Assembly (NCBI GenBank): GCA_964016885.1
Contig: OZ024740.1
Span: forward strand, 378,076,001 to 378,140,000
Reading direction: 5' to 3'
DNA from: Eledone cirrhosa
Lineage: Eukaryota
DNA: 64,000 nt
Below, piece after piece: positions 44,294 through 57,555 of this stretch. The translations under genes and the position numbers were made by a program. Within the stretch, counting starts at the first letter, position 1. Each line of letters opens with the position of its first letter. The notes below the pieces were generated by a model. The model saw only the letters and a program-made list of their open reading frames with translations, had not been told where the DNA came from and made no database searches.

Positions 44294-44579
44294 CTGTAAA
44301 AGAGTATACGATGAAAATATAAAAACAAAGGCAAAGACAGTTCGAGTAAAATTATCATTAAAACATATGTAAAGTGAAGAGAAAACTTCGCTATAAATCA
44401 CCATGATGGAATTAATTTCAACATGTAAAATACATAGAATAAACAATATTTTATAATAAATATACTGATATCTGAATTAAGAATCGAATTAACAATGATA
44501 AATAATTAAAATTATAAAAAAATTAAGTATTTTTATAAGATGATGCATGGAAATTACAATAAGCAATAAATTAACGAAC

Positions 44580-44584
44580 CTCAT
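44580..44584 (-). CDS. RPL10A: RPL10A exon 1 coding part (ATG AG)
   Basis: ATGAG|GTTCGT; gives the MSSK N-terminus in phase with exon 2. Confidence 0.85.
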
Positions 44585-44601
44585 GATGAGAGATGTAGTA
44601 T

Positions 44602-44610
44602 CGGAAAGAC
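44602..44610 (-). promoter_or_regulatory. TCT core promoter / 5' TOP start of RPL10A (likely TSS 44608)
   Basis: GTCTTTCCG 24 nt upstream of the ATG; polypyrimidine starts are typical of ribosomal protein genes. Confidence 0.65.
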
Positions 44611-47102
44611 TGAATTATTGTGAAACCTGCGCAGTAACTACTTCCTGTCTTTTCTATAAAACGCGTATAATCACGGTAGCCGAGAATTATATTTTTTTAT
44701 CTAGAAATTTCTCATAACGTTATATTCTCTCTTCGTGACTATTTATGATTTCAGACACATTTCTAATTCTTCCACACTGCTCTATTTTAAGAATAAAAAG
44801 GAGGGCTATATACATGAGAGTAATTAAGAAATATTAAAATAATTTATGCAGTTTGAGAATAAATTCTTACTAATAGTGGGAATAGAACTTCCACTGCATA
44901 ATATAAGCCTTATTGAAGTATAAGTTTTATCTTTATATTTATTTTGCATTGATTAAATAACCCATTTGTTTACTAGTTACACCCCTTTACGTCTTGAGTT
45001 CGAATCCCTCCGAAGTTTTATCTTCCACCCTGTACAGGTCAGAGAAAATGCTAGTCAAAGGTCAATCAATTTACCCTCCCAACTCGGAAAAAAAGAAAAA
45101 AACCCAGGGCTTTGAGTCCGTACAATAAATTGTTAATGTGATAGAATGGCAAAATCAATAGAATAACAGACAAAATACCTATGGTATTTAGATACGACAC
45201 TTTATGGAGGTGTGTAAAATATCTGCCAGTATTAGGATCAACACAATCAACTGTTCCCCCCCCCCCCCCCCAATATATATATATATATCCTTGTCTTGAT
45301 TATAAACTACTTCTTAATGATTATTCGAGAATAATGCACAAATATAATTTTTTAAATCAAATATCTTATGTAAACCACATGTCATTTTCATTTATTACAT
45401 AACTCAAATTTCAATTATTTTTTTATTCATAACATCATTTTTTTCAGAAATAAAGTATTATTTGAAACATTTATATCAGAATTTCTTGAATATTTTATTC
45501 TATTAATTTCCACTCGTTTATAGTTGAAAAAAATTAGGGTTTGTATAAAAAAATATTTAAGATGTACGTGCTTGTGAAAGATTCTCAAATGTCACTTCCG
45601 TGTGTGCATATGTATGTATATATATATATATATACACTTACATGATATATATATATATATATATCCACTACGAGATCTCGTAAATTATCGTTCGCTGCAT
45701 TTAGCAGTAGAGTTGATCAGGATTTATATACTACTAATATACCATGATACTTCTGCAAAACTGTCTTCACGTCTGTTTACTCTGGGGTGTAAATTTTCCC
45801 CTTACATTTAAAATCTGTAAAACTGATCGAAGGTAGGAAACAAAGAATCTATAACAGCTGACATTTTCAGCTGCAAGCTTCTTCAATCATGCTGCCATTT
45901 GGTAGTTTGTTAACGAGCGACTTTGTTGTTATTGCTACTGCCTGTTCGTCCCTACAACTATTGCCCTCTTCTGAACTATCGAAACGGCCCTTGCTTTCTC
46001 TTTCTTTGAGTCTATATAACTCCTTTCCTTCAATAACATCTCCAGTCCGTTCCGAATACAAGGGAAACACTTTCTTTGATATTTCTTTGTGTTCATGTCA
46101 CAAAAACAGTGATTTGGCTGCTTTATATCCCTAGGAGTAGTTTTCAACATTCTATGCTTTCATGTCAACGTTGACTTAATATTTTAGGTACCTCCTACGA
46201 CGCCAGATACTCTATTATGCAGGTCTTTGTAAATGTTGGATTTCCATTGATGTCAGTATAGCTTAATGTTATTAGGGCATCCATAAAATATACGCTCACT
46301 AATCAAAACAAACTACTGCCAAAAACTGATACTCCTTCCTGTCTGAAATATAATTTATATATACAGTTGTTTGCGTTCTCTGACTTTATCATTACTAATT
46401 TTGACTTCTATATTATTTCATGTTATCTTATGTCCTATGATTTTATGGAAACCCCATTTATCCTTCGTAAATAAACTTGTTCTTAGAATTCTGCTTGTGG
46501 AAAAATTGAAACATAATTTTGAATCATTGCCATTCCTACAATTACTATTTTAGTTTTCATTGTATCCGGAATTATTAAATTAATAACCATTCTACCCCCC
46601 CCCCCCTTTTAAAGTATTATATATCCTGTGTAATTATTACTTGATAATTTTTTGAATCATTATAAATATGTTATAGAATTAGATAGTACTTTCATTTACT
46701 TCTAAACGTTTCTGATTGTTTTCAACCAAAGGCAATTTCCCTTAAAAATTACATTATTGTTCATCCTCTACTATTGATTTTCATATCTGTTTTCTTCTTT
46801 ATCGTTTACTTTTCCTTCCCAACCCCCTTTAAATATTTATGTTTCCATTCTTGAAAAAACTTACCTAGGTTGTGTAGTTGAAAATATATTCTATACATCA
46901 CTTGTAGCTACTGGTTATTTATGTAATTAGAAAATTAAAATATGAAAATTATAGGAACAAGTCTACTGTTGTCAAGTTTCTTCTTTTATAATTCTTAGAA
47001 ATACGGAAAGATAAATTCTCTTCCTCTGCACACACTCGGTAAATTGCTTTACCAAAATATAAATATATTAAAAGGAAAGCGAAATAATATTTATTGTATA
47101 AG

Positions 47103-47252
47103 CTTCAAAGTATCATAATACCCAGAAGAAAGCGATTACGTTCGATAAGCACCACCCGATTGTAGTGGTTCTACGAGTACAACAACGGGAGACTAACCTG
47201 GTACTAAACAACTATGGTGACTGGAGACAACAGGCAGCTCCTTCCAGCTGAC
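47103..47252 (+). other. Possible exon of an unidentified plus-strand gene (MVTGDNRQLLPAD if ATG 47214 is used)
   Basis: Less AT-rich island between tgtatAG and a strong GTGAGT donor; actATGG Kozak context; no recognised homology. Confidence 0.25.
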
Positions 47253-48399
47253 GTGAGTTTTTCATTTTTGTTTTCACCCTCTTTATTCTTTCTTGTTCAT
47301 TTTTGTAAAACAATACATTTTGTCAATATGGCAATAATTTAACCTCAAAGAACTTTAAATCATATGTACCTCTTTTTAATGAATTAGAAATTATATCACA
47401 CATATTGAAATATGTAAATATAAAACACGTACATATTCACGTGCATGTGCGTAAAGTTGTGGGTTTTGCGTTTTTTCTCTCAGCCAGGTTATCTGCGTAT
47501 CAATGAAATGTCAATAATGTAGATTGTATTTACTTATTATTAGTCTAACGATGGTATCATACCTTATTCGGTCTACAACCTATATTCTATTATTTGATCG
47601 TTATCTTACACGTATTAAACTTAAAATTACGTATCTGTTTTCTATATTGTTGACAATTTTGTGTCGTTCACATGGGATTCATGTAATTACGACATTAATT
47701 CTTAAGCTCATACTCAGATAATAAATTGTTACTTAACAGTATTCATTGACCTATTAGTTATCTCTTGTTCCAGTAGCTCCTATTGCAAAATTACTAAAAT
47801 GGCTGTGACCAAGGCTACTTACTATAAATTTTACACTTAGTTCCTATATTCTTTGTCCACCCCTGTTTTATTTCTTAAAACATTTGTATCCTTACGTTAA
47901 TGTCCGAAATGAACATTTATGATGTTTATCTTTATTACCATAAATGGATGTGCATGTTTTAGTGTTTATTTTTTGAAAATATTTATATAATATATACACT
48001 TAGACGCCTTTCCGGCTAAGCGCCTGGTACGAAATTGTTTTCATATGAGAAAAGCGCTTATGTTTATTTTCGTTTTTTAATACTTTAATTTCAGTGGTAA
48101 TATACTACATTTAAAAAAATATAATCCGATGAGGTATTTTTTTCTTTAAAACAAGACCTTGCAGTATCTTTTTGGTTGATGGTATAAAGTCAGCCGAATA
48201 TATTCATGGCCATTTGTTTTAGAGAGTTCTAAGACCTGTGAGTTAAGCTTGCTATGATGCAACGTGAAATTTGCCTGGAGTTGGCCAAGTTTGCAAATAT
48301 GTAAAATACCATCTGTTAGTACAGGAGTTTCGTGGTTTCTAACAACAACACAAAGTATATTTTAAAATCTAATATAATTCGTTATATAGACACTCAAAA

Positions 48400-48570
48400 A
48401 GTTCTAAATTTTGGGTTCCGGGAATAATCAATTATATTGACTCCGGTACTTGATTGGTACTTACTTTATCGACTCCAAAAGAATGAAATGTATAGTTGAC
48501 CTCGGCGGGATTTGAACCCAGAAACGTAAAGGGCTGCAATTAAATACCTCAAGCTATTTTGTCCGACGTT
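48400..48570 (-). mobile_element. Diverged SINE family A copy
   Basis: GTTGACCTCGGCGGGATTTGAAC and TGGTACTT..TTTATCGAC blocks. Confidence 0.6.
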
Positions 48571-49059
48571 ATAAATAATGTACATCTTGTATTCAATAAT
48601 TATAGCACAAGTTTATTTTATTTCATGTTTAAATAATGAAAATTTTATATTAGTTACTAGTATTAATGCTTGGAATATATATCTGAAGTGTTAATATAGA
48701 ACTAATTATTTTTAGTTTGAATTGCATTATATTTTGATAGTTTAATTAAAACCTGAAATGAAACCTATACTACTTTTACTCAAAAGTGTCAGTATTATCT
48801 CTTTACTAAACTCCTAGAATAATTAATATATTTAAGAAAATTTAACACAAAACAGTAAATAATATAACATTGGTTTTCATTTAAAATTTCAGATTCCAAC
48901 CTTGTCTTTTAATTTAAATTTTTAGAATATTTGTTGTTGATATAACTATAAATTTGTTAAGCATAGAGAAAACGAAAGCAGTATTGGAAAGGACTATAAA
49001 TGCCATGAATTAGAGGAAAAGGAGAAGAGCAAGGACTACTAGACAAAAGGGGAAGGAGA

Positions 49060-49760
49060 GAGGGTAACACTCTACACCTAAGTCAGTGGTGTTTCAGCTG
49101 CAACCCCATGGACAGAATGGCAAAGATATTTCTGTGGACAATGGCCAGCGACACCCGCTGCAACAGTCACCTCCATCTCATGGGGCTCCTTCCTCAGATA
49201 GGCTGCTATCGATCCGATTTTACGGAGATCAGCTGTTCAGGGTCTGAGGATGCCTGAGGTCTCGATGGCAGCCAGTGCAAATAGGAAGCGGTTGGACAAG
49301 CTCTGGTTCTGGTATTTGTTGTGAGCTGCGGTACCGGGATTTGTGACTGAGGCAACTAAGTTGTAGGCAGAGAACATGTCACAGCATGTCACATTCCAGA
49401 TGAGGGATTTACCTCCTTCAAAAGGAAAGGGGGGTAATTCTGTTAGGGCAATTGCTGTCACCACGGTTAAGACCAATTGGCTCCAGTTGTGAAGGGAAGC
49501 TGGCTGTGTTGAAGTTCCTTCTCATTATATTGTTGAGAGCAGCATGCCGGGGGAGCCAGCCTGCGTTCTGGTGGCATGATAATGGGTGCAGGCCAAACTC
49601 ATCAACGACAACTCCACAATGGCACTTATGTGGCTCACATGCAAAGACCTAGGCATTGGGCCACTCCTATGCAAGTGCACTCATCATCAAGAAGAGTACT
49701 GGTTGATGAGGAGGGCACCAAATTGAACTACACACCGCTGTTTGGCTGCAAGGTGGAACG
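49060..49760 (-). mobile_element. Degenerate CRE-like endonuclease remnant
   Basis: GKSLIWNVTC..FALAAIETSG resembles GRCLVWDVTV..FQPVAFETFG at 35070-35250. Confidence 0.6.
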
Positions 49761-50754
49761 GAGGCAGGTAAGGCGTTGGTCCAAATTTAAATTCAAGTCA
49801 AGAGTTGATTGTCCAGTAGACCATGTTAAATCGTATCACACCTATCATATGGAATCTTAGACTATGTGAACTATAGTGTGTGTTATATACTTTACAGCAA
49901 AGATACTGAGATAAATATTATACCCTATTTTATAGTGACAAAATAAAGGCCAAGGTAGTATTTAAACTTGTCAACATATTTGTCTAGATGTTACTATTAT
50001 TGCTTTTAGTTTAAATGTGACCAAACACCAAGTGGAACTGATTGAAATTCATAAATTTAAATTTTAACAAGTTTATCATATTGATTCATTAAATTTAAAA
50101 TGTTTGATTTATGTGAAATATTGAATTATTTTGTATAATGTAGGTCCCTTACACACAGGTATGTTTATTCTCATTAACCAAATCAATTTTTAAGTTGCAG
50201 GACAATTTTTATTGTCCAGCAGCTTCTGGAAAATAGAGAGGTTTGATCTATTGAAAAGGAGTAGGTAAAAAATTGATATGTAAGCTCAGCAATCAATAAA
50301 TGTGGAAGAGTTGTAGTGGAATTTCAGGTCGACTCAATAAATTGACGTTTAAGTACACCAAATACCTTGGTGCAGTTAGCAGGTATTGGCTGTCCATGTA
50401 CTGAAAAATCATTGGCTGCAGTAATGGTTCATTGGAAGCAATGGGTAAGTTCTCTTAGGTAGGTGATACAGTACAGCTTCATGCAGTAATAGCTGGAAGG
50501 ATTTTTAGAGATCTGTTCTTTTAAACAAATTTAAAGTAATTGGATGCAGCCTGAGAAAAATTGTGAACTATGATTTGACAATGACAGTGAGAGAAATGCT
50601 AGGATTGAAAAGAATTATGTAAACATAATTACAGTTCTACTGGAAAATTAATTATGGGCCTTTCTTAGAGATATTATGTAGTCAATTTACTCACTCATAT
50701 AATTTCATAATTATATTATTTATTTTGACTGAACAAACTGATGGTATTCTAGAC

Positions 50755-51221
50755 CAGGGGTTGGTATATTATGGTCTGCGGAAAAATTTGGCTCCGTGAA
50801 TTCATTGAATATATGATGTTGCTTTACAACAATTCTTTAATTAAAAAATTAAAAGAATCAATATTTGGTTATCAAACGATAAATTCATTATGAAAAAACC
50901 CTGACTTTTTTGTAGTAACCTCAAATGAATCAATGATTTGTATTAATATAAAAAAAAAAAAAAATAGTGAAATCCTTTCCCTTAGTAAAAAGTGAAAGAA
51001 TGCTCAGGTGTGAGATTTTAAACAATGTTCTCTCTCTTTCCTAAATCTATGGGAGCAAAAGAACATTTATTTTTCTGTGTTATATGCTTATAATGAAAGA
51101 CATAAAATCAAAGAAAAAAAAAAGTTGTTTCTATAGCTCTTATATGATAGATTTCATTTTTTATTTGTCTTGGTCTGCAACATTCTCAATCCAGTCCTCA
51201 ATAAAAATTTGTCAATTCCTG
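50755..51221. mobile_element. Non-autonomous hAT/Charlie-type MITE
   Basis: Termini CAGGGGTTGG / TGTCAATTCCTG with 8-bp flanks TTCTAGAC / CTCTAAAC. Confidence 0.55.
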
Positions 51222-53062
51222 CTCTAAACTTTTGTGGTTGAAATACCATTTTTCTGATATTCATTCTTGGAATAGAAGGACGGTTTTCTTTTTAAGTTTT
51301 CTAGAAGCAGTCAATAATTAAGCATTTGCTATCAGATGGTATCAAGTTAGGCTAAATAGTTTTTAACATCCAATAAAATGTTCACTATCATTGAACTATC
51401 AGTTATTGTCAATTGATTTGTGTCCACTATCATTGACTGGCTAAGAAATATATTAGATTTTCCAAATTTCCATTATAGAATTTTTTAATACTAGCTAATA
51501 GCTATATTTATGTAACAAAAGTGACTTTTTATACATTTACTTTATTTTATGATTCCATGCTAAACATGATTGTTACTAAAGGTTAAATGTTAAATGTATT
51601 ATTGAATTTGTTCTTCATCAAAGCTGGCAGATATGCAAGTTTTTTCTTTTTGTAGCTTTTTTTCTTCATATTTTTGATGCGTTTTTACCTCTTTTAAACA
51701 AGGATTTGACATTTCCTTCATCTTGATAGTAGCAGATTTTGCTATGGCACTAGGTTAGTAATTTGCTTTTATTATTACAGTAAGTGCTTGGTTTAATTTT
51801 GAAGACTAGTACATATTTTCAGTGAGGTGAAGAAATTTTCCTTTGATAGTTTTATAGGTATTTCTATAGCAAATGATATTAGTGGTATTGATTATATCTG
51901 TTAATAATGACTGTTTTATTGAAATGATACGTGAAGAAAATCTCAATTCAGTATTTTCATTGAATAGGAATTGTTTCCAACAAAATTTTATCAAGTTATC
52001 TTTAATGTAATGGTAAGAAATATTTCTTGTTCTTTCTGTTGTTCATCTCTCTTCAATTTTCATTATCCTTTCAATACATTCTGATCTCCCAATTTTTGTA
52101 AGCATTCATGTACAAATCAGCTGGTCATTGCTATTAGTTCGATTGTACAATCCATAAAAGGTGATGTCATCTAACTGTGTATTATAAGGTTTATATTTAT
52201 TAAGAAAAGCTATTATTGAGAAAGATTTCCTTTTCTAATAGGTGTTTTTTTTCTCTGAATAATTTTCAGTCCTTTTGACTCTTGTCATTTAATGTCAGTT
52301 TTTCCATGCTATCATTGGGGTACAGGGAGAAGCAGACTTAGTCGGAACTTAATCAGGGCTATTGTCTTTCTAGATGGACAGGGGTGAGAGGGGAGAGGGG
52401 TACATCTCATTTATATACATTTCAGTTTTGATATGGCTTTTATAGTTGGTTGCCCTTCATAATGCCAGCTACTTTACATAGTGTACTGGGTGGATTTTAT
52501 CATGATACTAGCACTAGGGAGTTGTCATGTCTTTGACACAACAAAAGAGTGCTCTCAATCCTTTTTTTTTTTTTTTGTAATTTAATTTATTTTGCAATGT
52601 TATAGGGATTGTTGGGGCTTTTATATTTTTCAGTGAATCAATGGTCAAATACTTGCTTTTTGTTAGTTTATAAGCATTGGTGAATATAACAATTCCAGTA
52701 TTCTATTATATATTTTGTCTGTATTTGAAGCACCCTGTGTTGATATAAACCAACAAATAAACAGGATGAACAGTTGTCTTTACTTTTTTTCACAAACAAT
52801 AAAATTCTTTTTTGTTTCTCACTCTTACCACTGCTAGTTTTGTCTGATGTTAACATGATCTCCCATCAGACATCCAATTTTATTTGTGAAGATGTTTTGG
52901 ATTGTCTAAACATCAACCCTTTTGACACCAACATGCCCAAAACTACTTCTGGTTCTGTGGAATAAAGCCACTAATTTTACAGAGTTCCTATTTAAACTAA
53001 AATCTTCCAGCAAAATTTTATATAAGAACTTTTTGCTATGTTACACATACCATCTTAATAAT

Positions 53063-53248
53063 TGTTTCTACTTTTGGCACAAGGCCAGCAATTACCCCAG
53101 TGTATTACTGGTACTTTATTTTATCGACCCCGTAAGGATGACAGACAAAGTTAACCTCGGCGAGATTTGAACTCTGACCATAAAGGGATGTAACTGTGCT
53201 GCAAAGCATGGTGTCCGACTCTCTACCGATACTGCTAATCCACCGCCC
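53063..53248 (-). mobile_element. SINE family A copy with a long (~46-bp) TSD, second copy split
   Basis: Matches 42901-43085; TSD 53017-53062 reappears as 53249-53254 plus 57552-57593. Confidence 0.8.
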
Positions 53249-53411
53249 TTTATAATAAATGTTCGGTGAATCCATACATACATACATATATATATATATG
53301 TGTGTATATATATACATACTACTATATGTCTGTATACATACATATATGTACGTACACATACTTATATTTAAGTAACAGCTGTACTAAGAGTGAGAAATGA
53401 AATTTTGTTTC

Positions 53412-53457
<46 letters not shown>

Positions 53458-53671
53458 GTAAACAGAAATAACACAATTGGTACAGAATATGGAAGGATAT
53501 ATTAGGTTAACGCTTGATATAGCAGGAAGAGGGTCTTAATGTTTCAGACGCTAGTCCTTCATCAGAAGAAAGAATGAGAAATAAGATAGATTGAGGGGAC
53601 AGGCGGGATGGAATTGGAGAAAATGTCTTCAGATAAAAATAACAGGTCCATTCATGTTGACATCTCTTACG

Positions 53672-53703
<32 letters not shown>

Positions 53704-53823
53704 TATAGACATAGAATATTCGAAAATATTCTGTATGTTTATAATAAACATTTTGAAGACCTAATCGCTATAGAATAGAATACGTCACGTATTACAATTA
53801 GATTCTCGATAAAAGCAAGGGAA

Positions 53824-53866
53824 GTAATCTACGCGTTTCATTCTCGTTAGAAATCATCAGGACTAC
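53824..53866 (-). ncRNA. Minimal type I hammerhead ribozyme (first of 8 minus-strand copies, every 310 bp to 55994-56036)
   Basis: GUAGUC CUGAUGA U-UUCU-AACG-AGAA-U GAAA CGCG UA GAUUAC. Confidence 0.85.
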
Positions 53867-56082
53867 ATATCCAGTGCTTTTATCGAGAATGACACAGCTA
53901 GAGACTTATAGAATACTTAGCTGTGTACAGGAACTGGTTTGAAAGAGCGGTTGCCGGTCCGGCAGAAATTAGAAATTGGAATAAATGCTCTGAAATAGCG
54001 ATATATATGTGAATATAGACATAGAATATTCGAAAATATTCTGTATGTTTATAATAAACATTTTGAAGACCTAATCGCTATAGAATAGAATACGTCACGT
54101 ATTACAATTAGATTCTCGGTAAAAGCAAGGGAAGTAATCTACGCGTTTCATTCTCGTTAGAAATCATCAGGACTACATATCCAGTGCTTTTATCGAGAAT
54201 GACACAGCTAGAGACTTATAGAATACTTAGCTGTGTACAGGAACTGGTTTGAAAGAGCGGTTGCCGGTCCGGCAGAAATTAGAAATTGGAATAAATGCTC
54301 TGAAATAGCGATATATATGTGAATATAGACATAGAATATTCGAAAATATTCTGTATGTTTATAATAAACATTTTGAAGACCTAATCGCTATAGAATAGAA
54401 TACGTCACGTATTACAATTAGATTCTCGATAAAAGCAAGGGAAGTAATCTACGCGTTTCATTCTCGTTAGAAATCATCAGGACTACATATCCAGTGCTTT
54501 TATCGAGAATGACACAGCTAGAGACTTATAGAATACTTAGCTGTGTACAGGAACTGGTTTGAAAGAGCGGTTGCCGGTCCGGCAGAAATTAGAAATTGGA
54601 ATAAATGCTCTGAAATAGCGATATATATGTGAATATAGACATAGAATATTCGAAAATATTCTGTATGTTTATAATAAACATTTTGAAGACCTAATCGCTA
54701 TAGAATAGAATACGTCACGTATTACAATTAGATTCTCGATAAAAGCAAGGGAAGTAATCTACGCGTTTCATTCTCGTTAGAAATCATCAGGACTACATAT
54801 CCAGTGCTTTTATCGAGAATGACACAGCTAGAGACTTATAGAATACTTAGCTGTGTACAGGAACTGGTTTGAAAGAGCGGTTGCCGGTCCGGCAGAAATT
54901 AGAAATTGGAATAAATGCTCTGAAATAGCGATATATATGTGAATATAGACATAGAATATTCGAAAATATTCTGTATGTTTATAATAAACATTTTGAAGAC
55001 CTAATCGCTATAGAATAGAATACGTCACGTATTACAATTAGATTCTCGATAAAAGCAAGGGAAGTAATCTACGCGTTTCATTCTCGTTAGAAATCATCAG
55101 GACTACATATCCAGTGCTTTTATCGAGAATGACACAGCTAGAGACTTATAGAATACTTAGCTGTGTACAGGAACTGGTTTGAAAGAGCGGTTGCCGGTCC
55201 GGCAGAAATTAGAAATTGGAATAAATGCTCTGAAATAGCGATATATATGTGAATATAGACATAGAATATTCGAAAATATTCTGTATGTTTATAATAAACA
55301 TTTTGAAGACCTAATCGCTATAGAATAGAATACGTCACGTATTACAATTAGATTCTCGATAAAAGCAAGGGAAGTAATCTACGCGTTTCATTCTCGTTAG
55401 AAATCATCAGGACTACATATCCAGTGCTTTTATCGAGAATGACACAGCTAGAGACTTATAGAATACTTAGCTGTGTACAGGAACTGGTTTGAAAGAGCGG
55501 TTGCCGGTCCGGCAGAAATTAGAAATTGGAATAAATGCTCTGAAATAGCGATATATATGTGAATATAGACATAGAATATTCGAAAATATTCTGTATGTTT
55601 ATAATAAACATTTTGAAGACCTAATCGCTATAGAATAGAATACGTCACGTATTACAATTAGATTCTCGATAAAAGCAAGGGAAGTAATCTACGCGTTTCA
55701 TTCTCGTTAGAAATCATCAGGACTACATATCCAGTGCTTTTATCGAGAATGACACAGCTAGAGACTTATAGAATACTTAGCTGTGTACAGGAACTGGTTT
55801 GAAAGAGCGGTTGCCGGTCCGGCAGAAATTAGAAATTGGAATAAATGCTCTGAAATAGCGATATATATGTGAATATAGACATAGAATATTCGAAAATATT
55901 CTGTATGTTTATAATAAACATTTTGAAGACCTAATCGCTATAGAATAGAATACGTCACGTATTACAATTAGATTCTCGATAAAAGCAAGGGAAGTAATCT
56001 ACGCGTTTCATTCTCGTTAGAAATCATCAGGACTACATATCCAGTCTCTAGCTGTGTCATTCTCGATAAAAGCACTGGATAT

Positions 56083-56125
56083 GTAGTCCTGATGATTTCT
56101 AACGAGAATGAAACGCGTAGATTAC
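56083..56125 (+). ncRNA. Minimal type I hammerhead ribozyme (first of 5 plus-strand copies, every 310 bp to 57323-57365)
   Basis: Same motif; predicted cleavage after GUA at 56119, 56429, 56739, 57049 and 57359. Confidence 0.85.
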
Positions 56126-57522
56126 TTCCCTTGCTTTTATCGAGAATCTAATTGTAATACGTGACGTATTCTATTCTATAGCGATTAGGTCTTCAAAATG
56201 TTTATTATAAACATACAGAATATTTTCGAATATTCTATGTCTATATTCACATATATATCGCTATTTCAGAGCATTTATTCCAATTTCTAATTTCTGCCGG
56301 ACCGGCAACCGCTCTTTCAAACCAGTTCCTGTACACAGCTAAGTATTCTATAAGTCTCTAGCTGTGTCATTCTCGATAAAAGCACTGGATATGTAGTCCT
56401 GATGATTTCTAACGAGAATGAAACGCGTAGATTACTTCCCTTGCTTTTATCGAGAATCTAATTGTAATACGTGACGTATTCTATTCTATAGCGATTAGGT
56501 CTTCAAAATGTTTATTATAAACATACAGAATATTTTCGAATATTCTATGTCTATATTCACATATATATCGCTATTTCAGAGCATTTATTCCAATTTCTAA
56601 TTTCTGCCGGACCGGCAACCGCTCTTTCAAACCAGTTCCTGTACACAGCTAAGTATTCTATAAGTCTCTAGCTGTGTCATTCTCGATAAAAGCACTGGAT
56701 ATGTAGTCCTGATGATTTCTAACGAGAATGAAACGCGTAGATTACTTCCCTTGCTTTTATCGAGAATCTAATTGTAATACGTGACGTATTCTATTCTATA
56801 GCGATTAGGTCTTCAAAATGTTTATTATAAACATACAGAATATTTTCGAATATTCTATGTCTATATTCACATATATATCGCTATTTCAGAGCATTTATTC
56901 CAATTTCTAATTTCTGCCGGACCGGCAACCGCTCTTTCAAACCAGTTCCTGTACACAGCTAAGTATTCTATAAGTCTCTAGCTGTGTCATTCTCGATAAA
57001 AGCACTGGATATGTAGTCCTGATGATTTCTAACGAGAATGAAACGCGTAGATTACTTCCCTTGCTTTTATCGAGAATCTAATTGTAATACGTGACGTATT
57101 CTATTCTATAGCGATTAGGTCTTCAAAATGTTTATTATAAACATACAGAATATTTTCGAATATTCTATGTCTATATTCACATATATATCGCTATTTCAGA
57201 GCATTTATTCCAATTTCTAATTTCTGCCGGACCGGCAACCGCTCTTTCAAACCAGTTCCTGTACACAGCTAAGTATTCTATAAGTCTCTAGCTGTGTCAT
57301 TCTCGATAAAAGCACTGGATATGTAGTCCTGATGATTTCTAACGAGAATGAAACGCGTAGATTACTTCCCTTGCTTTTATCGAGAATCTAATTGTAATAC
57401 GTGACGTATTCTATTCTATAGCGATTAGGTCTTCAAAATGTTTATTATAAACATACAGAATATTTTCGAATATTCTATGTCTATATTCACATATATATCG
57501 CTATTTCAGAGCATTTATTCCA

Positions 57523-57555
<33 letters not shown>

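Larger units (their letters stand above)
53701..57529. repeat. 310-bp tandem array with internal inversion (7.6 + 4.8 units); retrozyme-like
   Basis: Units start at 53701, 54011, 54321, 54631, 54941, 55251, 55561 and 55871; orientation flips at ~56045; one variant seen (54119); flanked by (TA)n. Confidence 0.95.

Noticed and set aside
45740-46330. Short ORFs upstream of RPL10A
   Set aside because: No recognisable homology or consistent splice pattern.
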